NCBI GenBank assembly: GCA_964035545.1
Contig: OZ037765.1
Span: 28,457,504-28,521,503 of the forward strand
DNA: 64,000 bases
From: Bugula neritina
Lineage: Eukaryota > Animalia > Bryozoa
Direction: 5' to 3'
Translations under genes and position numbers: made by a program
Notes under the pieces: generated by a model
Databases searched by the model: none
Told to the model about the DNA's origin: nothing
The model's input: only the letters and a program-made list of their open reading frames with translations
Shown: positions 51,854 through 64,000 of the stretch, in pieces
Layout of the letters: each line of letters begins with the position of its first letter
How positions within the stretch are numbered: the first letter of the stretch is position 1

Positions 51854-54800
51854 ATGGATTTTGAAGAAATTGAATTCAACTTGCAGGTAAAAGACTAGAC
51901 TTAGTACTTAACTCAGCACTTTTTCATGCAGAAATGAATAATACACCCAGTTTACACTGGGAAACTCATGCTACCGCCAGTTGTATGACTAATTATAAGA
52001 AGAATGTTTCTGTGCTATTCTATGCATGTACCTAGTATATAATAGTTTGTCATCAGCAATCTAGTGTGTTTATGCTGTTTCGAATACTGCTACTTACTAA
52101 TTGAGAGGATGCGGCAGTCTATGGGAAGTGTTTTCAGTTTGTATTTCAACATACATATAGAGCAGCAGTTAGGTCTGTTTACTTACATATGATGTTGTTT
52201 TATTAGGCTAGTACAAAAAAGTAAGTTTTCCAGCAATATTTTGGGTTCAGCACATAATTTTTGTATAAAAAATTGTCTGTCTGGTAAGTTCAAGTGTAGA
52301 CAAAATCTCTAAACTAAAAGTCGTACTTCTTGACTAAATTTTGTAAAACTAAATATTTGTGAAATTGAGTCTTTATTACCGTTGGACATGACTTCTAATT
52401 TAGCTTATAACCTGACATAATCGTTCTATTGTATATCAGAAATTTTTGGGCTACTATAATAATGTTATCAATATATTAGATGCACACAATATACAATTTG
52501 TTTTTTTTTCAACTTATATATTTAAGATCAATTTGTGATACTCTATCTATCGGGCTACAGATATTTATGCGAAATTTTTATAGTAAAACTATGTAGTTTA
52601 ATAAGCTTGTAGGTTGAGCTTTTTTTTAATTTTTGGAAAAATGCTCTTATTATTTGACATGCCGTTTACAAGTTTAAATATTTTAAAGCCAAAAAGCTAG
52701 CTTTCTAAGCTATGCTGAGTGCTTTACTACATTACACTAAGGCTTGCTATATAATACTGTCTAACAAGCTTAATCTTATTATTGTGTTGTGATGATGTAG
52801 ACTTCCCCTTCTGAGCTTCGACATATGAAAAAGAACTTTGAAGCTGGAGGTACGATTCTGTGGGGAGCAGACTACGACTGTGACGATTCTGATTCTGAAA
52901 TGGCCAGTCTTACTCCAATCAAAGAAAATGAAAGCAGTTCAGGTGATGTCGCATCAGATCGAGGCTCTTATTTAGATGCGACCAGCTACACGGATTCAAT
53001 AACAGCTTCTAGTGGTAACCACCTGAGACGGCGGCAAAGTGAGCATCGCACAAATCTGCTTCGGCACAAGCAGTTATGGCAGAAGGCGGCTCAACAAGCT
53101 AAACAGGGCAGCATAGAGCACAGGCGCAAAAGCATTCTCCCATTTGAGGACATTGGTTTAAGTGATTCAACATGGACAACATCTACAAATCTTTCAATGG
53201 ACGATGATGATGAAGAGGAAACGAGTCAGCTGAAACTCGCTCACCCGCCCAAAAAAGCAACCTCAACTTGTTTAGTAACTGTTGGTAGCAATCGCAGTGC
53301 AAACAAAGTGCATACAAAGGTACAACCCATATCATCGTTAGACATAGAACAAGATGTCAAGCCGCAGTTAAGAGCTGCCAGAGAAGTTTTAGGGTTTATA
53401 TTTCCACGGGTTCCTACTCAATTCACCACAGATGTCAATGAGAGTTTGTACCAGCGATACTACAGCCACAAAAGGAAAAAGACCATGCTGATAGTAAATA
53501 TTCTCTACATAATTCTCCATGTGGCACTTTATATACTCAAACTTCTTCCATTGAACACTACGAGAGCCCAAGAAGATGCTTTATACCTGATACGAGAGAC
53601 AGCCATTACAGCTGTACTACTTACTCTGCACACTCTTGTCTGCATCTGGACATACCGAACCAACTCTCTGAAAGATGTCCTAAGATGCGCATATTGTACA
53701 TGGAGTCTGCTGTTATTACACACACTCATTACTCCAATAACTACTCTTGTGGACTACCAACAGTTGGCAAAAAATGCCAGTCAACCGACATCCTGGGACT
53801 CTTTTGGTACATGGCAATGCTCATTGACAATGTTAATTCCATTCGGGTTTTTAACTGTGATTCCTTTAAGGAGAATGATAGTGTTGTGTTCAGTGATGGC
53901 AAGTTTACACCTGATTGTTACTGGGATATTGACCAGCTACTACAACACCGCGTGCTTATCTAGGGTATGTATATAGGCTAAAATAAAGCATTCCATGTTT
54001 TAACTATAAATAGTAGTTAGTTATTAAATAGCTAAAACCAGAGATAATGGTAGCAGCTAAGCATTCATGTCATTTCTAGTGAGTGTGACTAAAATAAGCA
54101 TATAATAGTAGTGTCATTGTTCTAACTTCCTGTAGTTACCACCATGTGTGGTCCGATTATTAGCTTTTATATATGCTACATCATGCTCATAACTTTAACT
54201 GTTAAGTTGAGATAAAATTGGGTGGCTGTAAACTACACAGCATGATATAACCAAGAGCTTTGTGACATTGGTGACCAGTCCCCCAACACAATGTACAATG
54301 GAGAGATCTGTGGCGGTTGAAAACAATCAGTCGCCTCATCCTATCCATAATCCTAGAGTTTTTTAAGGAAACCATAATTTATAGTTATAATTTGGCATAG
54401 GGTGAAGGAAGGATGCTTTAAATTTGTGTTCAACCATGATCTCCAACTTTAGGCCAAAACAACATAATTAGTATAACCAGGATAGATTATATTAGTCATC
54501 TGTTTTACCGGAAAAGTTACCAACTATATGGGGTAGCAGCTATACGACTGCAAACAGCATTTTACTCTAGCATAATATAGTGTAGTTATAATGTCATAAC
54601 GTAATGCAATAATATTGTAAACTACAAGTATATATAATGTTATTCCATCTAGTAATGCTGAGATGTCAGTAACGTTTTGTCCACTTATAATGCTACTATC
54701 AAGTCCAAATGTTTTTCTTTGAATGTCCATGGCTGCAGTGATCAGTGTTGACAAATATCCCTTGCTAATTGCTACAGTATCATTACATAGCTGTGACTAA

Positions 54801-57800
54801 ACGCCTATAAAAAGGTAGAGCTTGTTGTAACTACCACTGTAAAGTATAAGGTATTACTCAAGAGTTCCTCTGTTGACACACTTGAGCAAGCTGCATCACT
54901 GTATTCTCTATATTCTGCACAGGAATTAACGTTCCTACATTTGTAGTTAGCGGTTGATGGCGCAGTTATGGTTGCAGTAGCAATAATGGGGTCGTTCAAT
55001 TATTACCTTGTTGAGAGAACAGAGCGAAAGGCTTTCTTGGAGATAAGGACTTGCATTGCTTCACGTCACACAATCTCAAAAGAAAATCAAAATCAGGTAT
55101 CAATATATTCTTATTGTTACAGTAACAGATGAACTGTTACAAGTGTGAAAGTCAATGTAGCTTAACAGACCTGCATGCCTATAGAGTATCTTTTGTGCTA
55201 GAGTAGTAATGAAGCATCTACAAGCTCATCTTCATACTGTATAAACATTAACTGACTCTGAGTTAATGCCAGCTTATGTGATTTATCATTTTGTGCACAC
55301 AAAAATATTAACAGCTAGGCTAGCATTAAGCTTGCATGGATGCTCAGGCCTCCCCACCTATGATCTGCTCTAAAGCTTAGTCATTGCTTGACATCCTGTT
55401 AGTATAGTAAAGCTATTACTATACCTTTTGGCATAGTTCAGAGTTTTACTATGCTTTTTAGCATAGTTCAGGATTTTAGCAAGAAAGTACAGTAGGAAAA
55501 TTAATCTACCGAAGATCAAGGTAGTTTTTATCTCAAACCTTTTTCAACTGTGTTCAAGTATTTTTCCATTGAAATCAACAACTAGAAGCCTTAGCTAAGC
55601 ATGAATTGCACCTTTGAACATCTGAGATGTTTTGCATCTCTAAGTAGGTGACAAGCACGTAATGCACAGTACCATAATATTTATATAGCGATAAACAAAT
55701 CAGGCGGCTGTAAGTTAGGTCAATACATGTTACATAAATACTGAAGTTCTTTCATATTAACAGCATTAACCAGCTCAAGAAACTTGAGTTATAAAAGTCT
55801 TTAGCTACCCCTGTACTTGTTTAAAACAACTCATGAAAGTTTATAGTCCCCATCCCTGTTAAAAACCCCTGATAGAAAAGTTTTTTTTTAACTTGGGCTA
55901 AGGACTTATTCATATGAGGCACAGAAGCAATTATGACTGGATGCTCTTCCTAACATCACCAATGGCATTTACTGAGGTTCGAACCCATGACTGCAGGTTT
56001 ATTAAGCCAGCACTCTAACCCTTAAACCATGGCTGCTCTCTTGTACTTGCTTAAAACAATGCCTTTAAACGTTGCTATTGCATGTACTGTTTTCCTAACT
56101 TATGGCAATCATTTATGGTCTTTGCTGTATGCAGGAAAGACTGGTATTATCAGTTCTCCCAAAGTTCATAGTCAATGACATCTTGAATGACGACTCCTCA
56201 ACCCGAGGCCCTTTCTACAGCATCTTTCTGCACAGATATGAGAATGTCAGGTATATCTCACATAATATTCACATTAATGTAGCTGCAGTTTTGAGAAAGC
56301 TTTAGTTCTAATAAATATTGTTAGTAGAAGAAGGTGCTGGTATGTAAAACAATGCAAACCTAACCACCGGAAACTATATTATACCTCCACTAAGGCTAGA
56401 CTTAGTATAGCTTTAGTGTATTTGCAGAGTTTATATTGCGTAGTGCAAATATCTTTGTGTTTATAAACCAAACTTTTGTAGTGAGTTAATGGCTTATACT
56501 CTGTTTTGTATCCATGCATGTGCAATGGCACGTGTAAGTCTAGCATGCATGTTAGTATTCAGTAGCTATAGCTGCCTTTTTAAGGTAGTAATCACTCACT
56601 AAGTCAAAGAAAGAGCGTTTGCTCCGCCTCAGACCATATAATCTTATCATTTTTAATAAATCTAGTATACCATTGGTAAAACTGTATTTGCTGTTGACAG
56701 TTAATTTAAGACAATCTAAAATTTAGTTTGACAATGATAAATGATGTTAGAGTGTAGTTTGTATATTGGGAATTTTATGACATGTGTCAGCATAGAGCTT
56801 TTTGCTGCCAGGTTGATTTTTTATCTACAATGCCAAGACTATGCTGACAATGTAGGTATAGCCTCAGTTTTAGATTATTCCATATACTATGCAGATAAAA
56901 TAAGCATTTACCAAACTCTAATGCCAAATAAAAAAATTGTAGTTTAAGCTAATTAAAAGTTTGCAACTCTGCAGCTAGATATATGAGAAAAATAAGTCAT
57001 TGGATATATAACACTTGGGTGTACAGAAGCTTTATCTAAAAATATATTGGTTTTAGCAACAAGTCTATTACAACTTTTTTTCTTTAAAATTTATCCTACT
57101 TAAAAAAGATGGTACAGCATTTACAAGAGTTGGAATTGTGAGCATTGGTTCATATTATATGTGAAGAGGGAGGAAGGGGTAGATTATGATTAGAATAAAC
57201 TTCTCTGAAAATTATGCTTTGCCTGTTCACATTCCAGACATGGCCTAGCTTGAACCCTTAACATATATGCTGTGTTTAAAAATATTCTAATGAATGAAAT
57301 TAAAGTATACCTCCCAAGTTGCTGGTTGCTAGGATACCAGTAAATTTTCCAGCACAGAGCTGAAATCAAGGCCTGCTGGTCAAGGCCGAACATGCAGGTG
57401 ACGAGGTTCACATCATTGAATGTACAGGAACATGTCCTACAGTTGACGGAAAAGTTTGACAGCTGCAAACTTTTGCAATTACTCTAGAATTTGTCATTGT
57501 AATTGTGGGTATACGCTCATGAGTCTCGTCAAGTTGACTGGGACGTACATGTGAATGGTGGATAAGGAAGCTATACTGTTTTTGCAATCTGTGGCCCAAT
57601 ACCCAGTCATAAAACAACTTGTCAAGTATTGTCATGCAAAGGAACAAGTTAATGACACTTGAGGAGGTATAGGTGGGCTAGAATGTGTAGAATTCACAGC
57701 TAGTATGTGAAGTGGTAGCAATTCGGTAGTAACTAAGAAACTATGCTTGGAGTGCTGATAAAGAATTACTAATTGCCAATCCTAAATAGATCCAAACACG

Positions 57801-60800
57801 CTATTTTTAGTTTCACATACAAAACAGGAATAGTTATTTTCATGTTACAGGTAATAAATTAATTTCTTAGATTTAATTTGTGTATACTTTACCAACTAAA
57901 CCTAACAGAAAATCTTAAGCAATAACGCTTGGAGCCTGTCATAAAAGTATAATTGATATAATTCATGTAAATACTCCACGTCCCATCGTCTCTTGGTTAT
58001 ATGAAGTTATCTTAAATTTTAGCATATTATTTGCGGACATTTGTGGCTTTACTACTCTCGGAACAAAGCTGTCTGCTAAGGATTTGGTGAACATGCTTAA
58101 TGATCTGTTTGCCAACTTTGATAAACTCGCAAAGGTAACTATTTCCAACTTGCACAGGTGTGCTCTATACTTGTAAGAGCGTGTCACGTTTGAGGATGTA
58201 AAGTGTAAGTGGTCAGAGTACATACAATCACACAACTTATTGCTGATGTTTCTCTCCAAATCATGTAACAAAACATTTCAATTGATATCAGATCATGTAT
58301 TGTGAGCTTCAACATAATAGAAGCTCTCACAAATGGCAATATATAATGTTATATTTGTTGTAGTAGCAGAAATTAAATTATTACGCTGCTTATCAAGATT
58401 GTATCTATATTGATTACGTTTTGACAATATTAACTGTATAAGCTTGTAGTTGCATAGATTTAATCATAAGAGTACTAAAAGGTGTAATGTAGATAGGAAG
58501 AATACAATAACTGGCTTAGTAACAACTTTCATGCTTTTATACACTCACGTGTTAAGTTGCTTTTAGTACCCAAACAATAGCAACTGAACACTAATAGAAT
58601 TGCTGGTAACTGCAATTAAAGTATTGTTTATAATACTGATATCTGCTATATATCACTCCACTTACAATTGCGTTCATTACGTAAGCTTCCTTTAGAATTT
58701 TATGCATCATCAATAGTGGTAGCAAGAGGAAGTGTGGGATGGGGATTCATTAAAGCTATGACAAGATTTCCACCAAACATTTGACAAACTACACCATTCG
58801 GCTAGAATGTATTGTATTCACGAGTTGCTAAAGTGAATAAGAACTGGTGACACGCAATGCTACTAACTCTATGAAGCAAAAATTATATTTTTGGATTTAA
58901 TGATTCATGGGAATACCAATTTGAAACATTCTCTATATCTGAAAGTAAATCCAATATTAAGTATTGTATGTAGTCTGCTAATCTTGTAGAAACATAAGTG
59001 CCTAAGAATTAAACTCTTGGGTGACTGCTACGAGTCCATATGTGGAATCCCGGAGTTTACCCCGGACCATGCTGACAACTGCGTGAAAATGGGCTTGGAA
59101 ATGATAGATGCCATAAGGTACGCTTAAGTTTGCTAAATTACAATATAGGTACATGAAATCAATGATTTGCAGAAACACTAAAATAGATTATAAGGAAGAT
59201 CAAGTACTGAACTATCAGCAGATTTATAAATAGAACATGGTGATAAATGAGTTTATTTGAAGGTTATTTTGTATAAGATTGCAAACTCTGTGTCAATTGG
59301 TACTCTACTGATAAACTACTCTGTGTATTATAGCATAAATTCATTAGATTGCAAATCACTGCAGCAATAAACTATCGGGTCTTTGTCAAACATCTATACT
59401 TGTTTTTGTTAAATCAATGACACATTTTTAATATCACATAAATTATGTTGATAAAGTGCTGTAAGATAGTCCAGACCCACAATCAAAGACCTTGATTGCT
59501 TTGTGTATGTTTAAAGATAAGATTTAAATAACATACTCTTCAGTATTGTTAAGATAGTAAGCTTTGCTTTGTGATCTGGCATGGGAACTGAACCTCTAAT
59601 GACACATTAAACTTGACAAGCTTGGCTCAATGTTGTGTCACGATTGAAACTTTTAGCATCGTAAAAATTACTCATCAAAATTTTACTTTGTTTACAGAAA
59701 CTAGACTAACTTTAGATTTCCCTCACATATTGTAACCAACTATCTTCATTTATGACTTATGAACGAGCTGTTTAAATTTATACATTTATCAGGTTTGACG
59801 ACTTTATTATAGTACACACCAATTTTATGAATAAGAAACGTTCTTTAATGACGTAATTTCTAAGCATACCTAAATACTACACCTTTAAGAAAAAGTTATC
59901 GTTTTCTTTTCTACCAAGAATTGTTTCCCACTAAAGTTTCTTCTTCTATTCTTACATGCAGTAGCATCAACTTCAGCTGTCTGCTGTTTGTATATCTGAT
60001 TTATTATACACAAGCATTTCTTCCCTTTTCGTCTCTATAGAGTATAGACTATTGTGTTTTCAGAACCACATATTTAACATGTAAAATGCGTAACTTACAA
60101 AACAATTTTTTCTGCTCACATAAAAGTCATATTTACACATATATTATTTGTTTGTGCAGACTAGTAAGGGAACAGCAGAAAGTGGAGGTGTTGGACATGA
60201 GAATAGGAGTGCACACAGGCTCAGTGTTTGGTGGTGTACTTGGTCTAAGGAAATGGCAGTTTGACGTATACTCAGATGATGTGAAGACAGCAAATGCAAT
60301 GGAATCCAGTGGGGAGAAAGGGTACAGCTACAACTAGTTTATACAAATAACAAATAAATGAGAGTGAATGGCTAAAACGTTGTACTATTTTCAAACAGAT
60401 ATAATATATTACAATTGCCGTCAAGAATTGTTGGTGAGTTGGTGGAAATACTCATGGTTTTGGAAAGAATTCTTTAATGCTTGTATACGTAGGAATTTTT
60501 GTGAAGTTTAAATCCATCATACCAGTTTTGAAACTATGAGAGAATACTGGTTTATGCAAGAAGTATTGAATAGGTTATGAGTACTTAACAGTGTAAATAC
60601 AAACTGGATTTAAAAACGGAACAGAGCAAAATTCTAGGACAGATCTGAATTAATTTTGATAATTCTTTTTTGGTTTTAGAAGAGTACATATTTCTGAAGC
60701 TACTAGGTTGTGTTTGACAAAATCGTTTGATATGGAACCAAACAACAAGCTGGAAGACGAATATCTTAAAGAATTGGGCATGTGTTCTTATTTCATAAGA

Positions 60801-63800
60801 CCAAAAGCAGTTAAAGACTCTCAAAATGACTTGGCTCATGCTAAGAGAGTATCTTATTTGGACAGACGGCACACATTACATTCTATAGAAGGGGTATGAC
60901 TATTTCACTCTGGCAGTGAATATACGTCTTTCTTATTAGCTTATACCATGAGCAATACCTTATCCATCATGCTACATTGATTGTGTAAATCAGATTCTAA
61001 TAAACGTATTGATTTTAAAGTTCTATACATGTTTGTAGGTCATACAAACCAATTATATATATTTATGATGCACTATTCATTATTTGTTGAGCAGAATAAT
61101 GCATGCATAATTACAATCATATTTAATTAGATGTGAAGCCAAAATTTAATTTGACATCCGTGGTTTATGTGTTTTATAGCCTGACTCTTTGGAGCTGGAG
61201 ACGAAGATGCCGGTTCACTTACGACACTCGACCGACAATGCTGTAAATAAACTGATACAAAGTGCAACAGACTCTAAAGCAGATGATAAGTTGTCAAAAG
61301 AACTCGTCAAGTTTGTTCCTCTAACCTACAAGGCAAGTAGACATCAAATGAATATAAAGTGTTTTGAGCCAGAATTATAAAACATAAAGGTATACTATTG
61401 TAGGTAAAAGCAAAATTGTTCTGTAAATGAAAAAAATGCAAATTGTTAATATGTAAATACTCAGCTGTTCAGTAATTAGCTCTACCTTAAATTTTAAGTA
61501 ATAAACCCATAAAGTTGATATTTCAAATACATTATATAAATAAAAACAAGCTTATTGGAAAGAGAATACTTGTGTTTCAACCAGTTGCTTGGTTATTGAA
61601 ATGGCAATAGTTACTAATGCCAGCTTTAAACAAAGTAGTTAAAACATTTAATATCATTTGCAATTATTCCATTATTGTCTACTAACTTACTTGAGCTCTC
61701 TTAGATTTACTTCAATAAATAATAGTTACATTGTGTTGTTAGTAAAGGCAGCTTTACAATCAGATTTTGCTATTTTAATTGAAGCCTATTGACCCAGCAG
61801 GAAATTATAGCCGGGTAATTAATGTTTAGAGATTTTGCCTATTGAATTGCATATTTGTCTACTGTGGTCTTATATAATGTACCTTAAGGATGTAATGTTA
61901 ATTTTTCTAGGATGCAAAATATGAGAAGAAATACAGAGACAGTAAAGATGGTTCATTCCAAACAAATTTATTATCATTTTCAATCATGACAATTGTAATA
62001 ATCATTACTCAGGCTGTTGCAAATTCTAACAACAAACATCCAATGTAAGTAACCTAAGGAAAATGTTGTTCAATTGACTTTTATTGAGATATAAATTATA
62101 GATCTCCAAGAAATAAAATATATTCATCAGATTTTTTGATAAACAGCTTTTTGTAACTTTTCTCAGCAACAGTTGAAGTTTGAATTCCTAAATTAACAAG
62201 AATTATACTTTTAATTTCCCAGTTTCATTGTAGCTTATATTATACTTCTTTACTTATATATATTATGTTTATTTTCTCCACAAGAGCTCATCTATTATTC
62301 TAAATTCCTTATATTGTAGGCACTGGGTTGGCTCCTTTGTAACAGGGGTGGTTCTGTTGTTGGTTATCGTGATTTTAACATACATGATTATTCAGCGCGT
62401 CATGTATCACCGTAAGTGTAAGAACAAAGTATGGAAGGATAACAAGAACCCTGGGTTACTTGAAAGCTACGCCCTCAGGAACACCATTATTACTTTAGTC
62501 ATGGTTGCTCTGTTTACGTCTACAATATTGTCAACTATTTTGCTATCGGTAAGGAAATATTGTTTTTCGGCTAAAGGGTTCTTTTCATTTCATTAGTTTC
62601 GCATGTGAGGATATTTTTTCCTGTGGAAGTTTTGAAATGCAAGCTGCTATTTGCCTTAAACTTGATTAAAACTTTATTTAAGTATAATTTATAACAATAT
62701 TTTTCTTTCAGGTCTATGCTGGAGAGGATGACACTAATACCCCATGCTACTCCGCGGTAAGTGTTCATATAAATCTTAGTCTCAATACTCTACGTAACGC
62801 CAACTAAGTCATGTTTCTTTTAAATAACCATTTTTTGTGTTTAAGATCTGGCGTTTTCAAAATTAAAATTTTCCAGGAAACACATAGCTTCTTTAGAAAC
62901 ATATAGCTGACATGTATGCAATATTTTGTAAATCATGTCAAATGTACAAACTAAATACAGCAGCTTGTATATAGTCTCAGTGTTCTACTTTATGACTTGC
63001 TAGAAATTTTATAGGCAGCTGTTAGATATTTGAGTTCAGATTGTTTACTAACACTTGCTGCTTTTATATCAAGCTGTACATGTTTGAAATACCAATTCAT
63101 TGTGTTGTGTAAATTTGAAATGCTGCCTGCAGGCATGTAAATGTAAAACCATCAGTACTAAGAAGTGTGGATGGTCCACTTTATGGCGTTTCTTGTTATG
63201 CCAATTATTACATCATATCAACTACAAAATGTTGTATATAAGATCAAGTATTGCATCACTTTATCTCAAGTAACTAAAATTTATGTATAGTCATAAATAT
63301 AACTCCTTTAAATCATAACAACATAAGACATTTGTTAATTGAAGGTCAAAAACCTTGCTTCTGGAAAAGCTAGATATCAGGTTTTATTTGTATGGAATAT
63401 TACTTTTTGCCCAACTTGGTCATGAAAGTTTTTCCATTATGTAATTGAAAAAGAGTCCAGATATATAAAAGAGTATGTGATTATAACATCTCCCATGGAG
63501 TTATGCTATCTCGTAATTATACAGTATGTGCAGCTGTGGATTCAAACAATTCAAGAAATGACAACTCCAAAGCCAGTATAAAAATCTCGGAAAATTGTTG
63601 ATGTTATAACATGTTACATACTATAGAGGTGCCAGCAAATTTAAAAAAAGCGGTGAGGAAATTTAAAAGAGATGCTGCATAAAAAACTTGTGTGGCTACA
63701 TGTTATTGGGGAAATTCGGAGAAAGACACAAGCCATGAGACCCCTTGAAGAGATATATTTCACGCAAATAAAAAATGTTGCATGTTTTGTCAGTCATTCT

Positions 63801-63987
63801 TCATGATGTCACTAGAAGTTTAATTTGACAGAATTGCAAACAAAAATAAGCTTGAGCTTGTTGCATTGATCAGTGCATAGTAGTAATCAATAAAAACTGC
63901 AATAATTAATTAAAAACTGTGTTCACTAGTTTTGCTCTTCTCCCAGTATGTGGCAGGCATTCAACAGCTGATTCGCACAATCTTTAG
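51854..63987 (+). CDS. ADCY8: Transmembrane adenylate cyclase, ADCY8-like (N-terminus, M1, C1a, C1b, start of M2); 3' part lies outside the window
   Basis: Exons: 51854-51886 (putative first exon, [11 protein letters not shown]), 52801-53964, 54947-55096, 56135-56250, 58023-58134, 58990-59117, 60160-60321, 60680-60893, 61180-61332, 61911-62044, 62320-62548, 62712-62756, 63947-about 63987 (tentative). C1a motifs: [99 protein letters not shown] and IFP...LYQRY point to the ADCY8 clade; the subtype is less certain than the family. Confidence 0.88.
55830..56041 (-). mobile_element. Full-length tRNA-derived SINE with 18-bp target-site duplication
   Basis: Reverse complement: gagcagccatggtttaagggttagagtgctggcttaataaac...ggttcgaacctcagtaaa...gatgttaggaagagcatccagtcataattgct. 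Direct repeats TGTACTTG(T/C)TTAAAACAA at 55812-55829 and 56042-56059. Confidence 0.9.
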
Positions 63988-64000
63988 GCGAGTAAATTTT

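Noticed and set aside
57190-57700. Higher-GC intronic stretch in the cyclase gene, possibly transposon-derived
   Set aside because: No terminal repeats, TSD or recognisable protein motif visible by eye.

Overview
AT-rich, intron-rich eukaryotic DNA from an invertebrate animal. I reconstructed four spliced protein-coding genes by hand, checking reading-frame phase at each splice junction. (1) NDC1 nucleoporin on the minus strand, ATG at 5590, running off the left edge; it is largely missed by the ORF track. (2) A roughly 39-exon, roughly 3,600-aa plus-strand gene (about 10735-37162) encoding a giant coiled coil ending in SH3-FN3-SH3, resembling RIM-binding proteins. (3) A complete BMP5-8/gbb-class TGF-beta ligand (41986-47386). 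(4) The 5' part of an ADCY8-like transmembrane adenylate cyclase (about 51854 to the right edge). Four copies of a tRNA-Thr-derived SINE, several microsatellites and several GC-AG introns are also present. The most unusual signal is four unrelated minisatellites (15, 41, 25 and 21 bp units) that lie inside introns and end at a 3' splice site. In three of them the unit is a copy of the acceptor junction itself, giving up to about 94 tandem decoy acceptors, and use of any decoy would create an early in-frame stop. Gene identities rest on my recall of homologous protein sequences; no database search was run.
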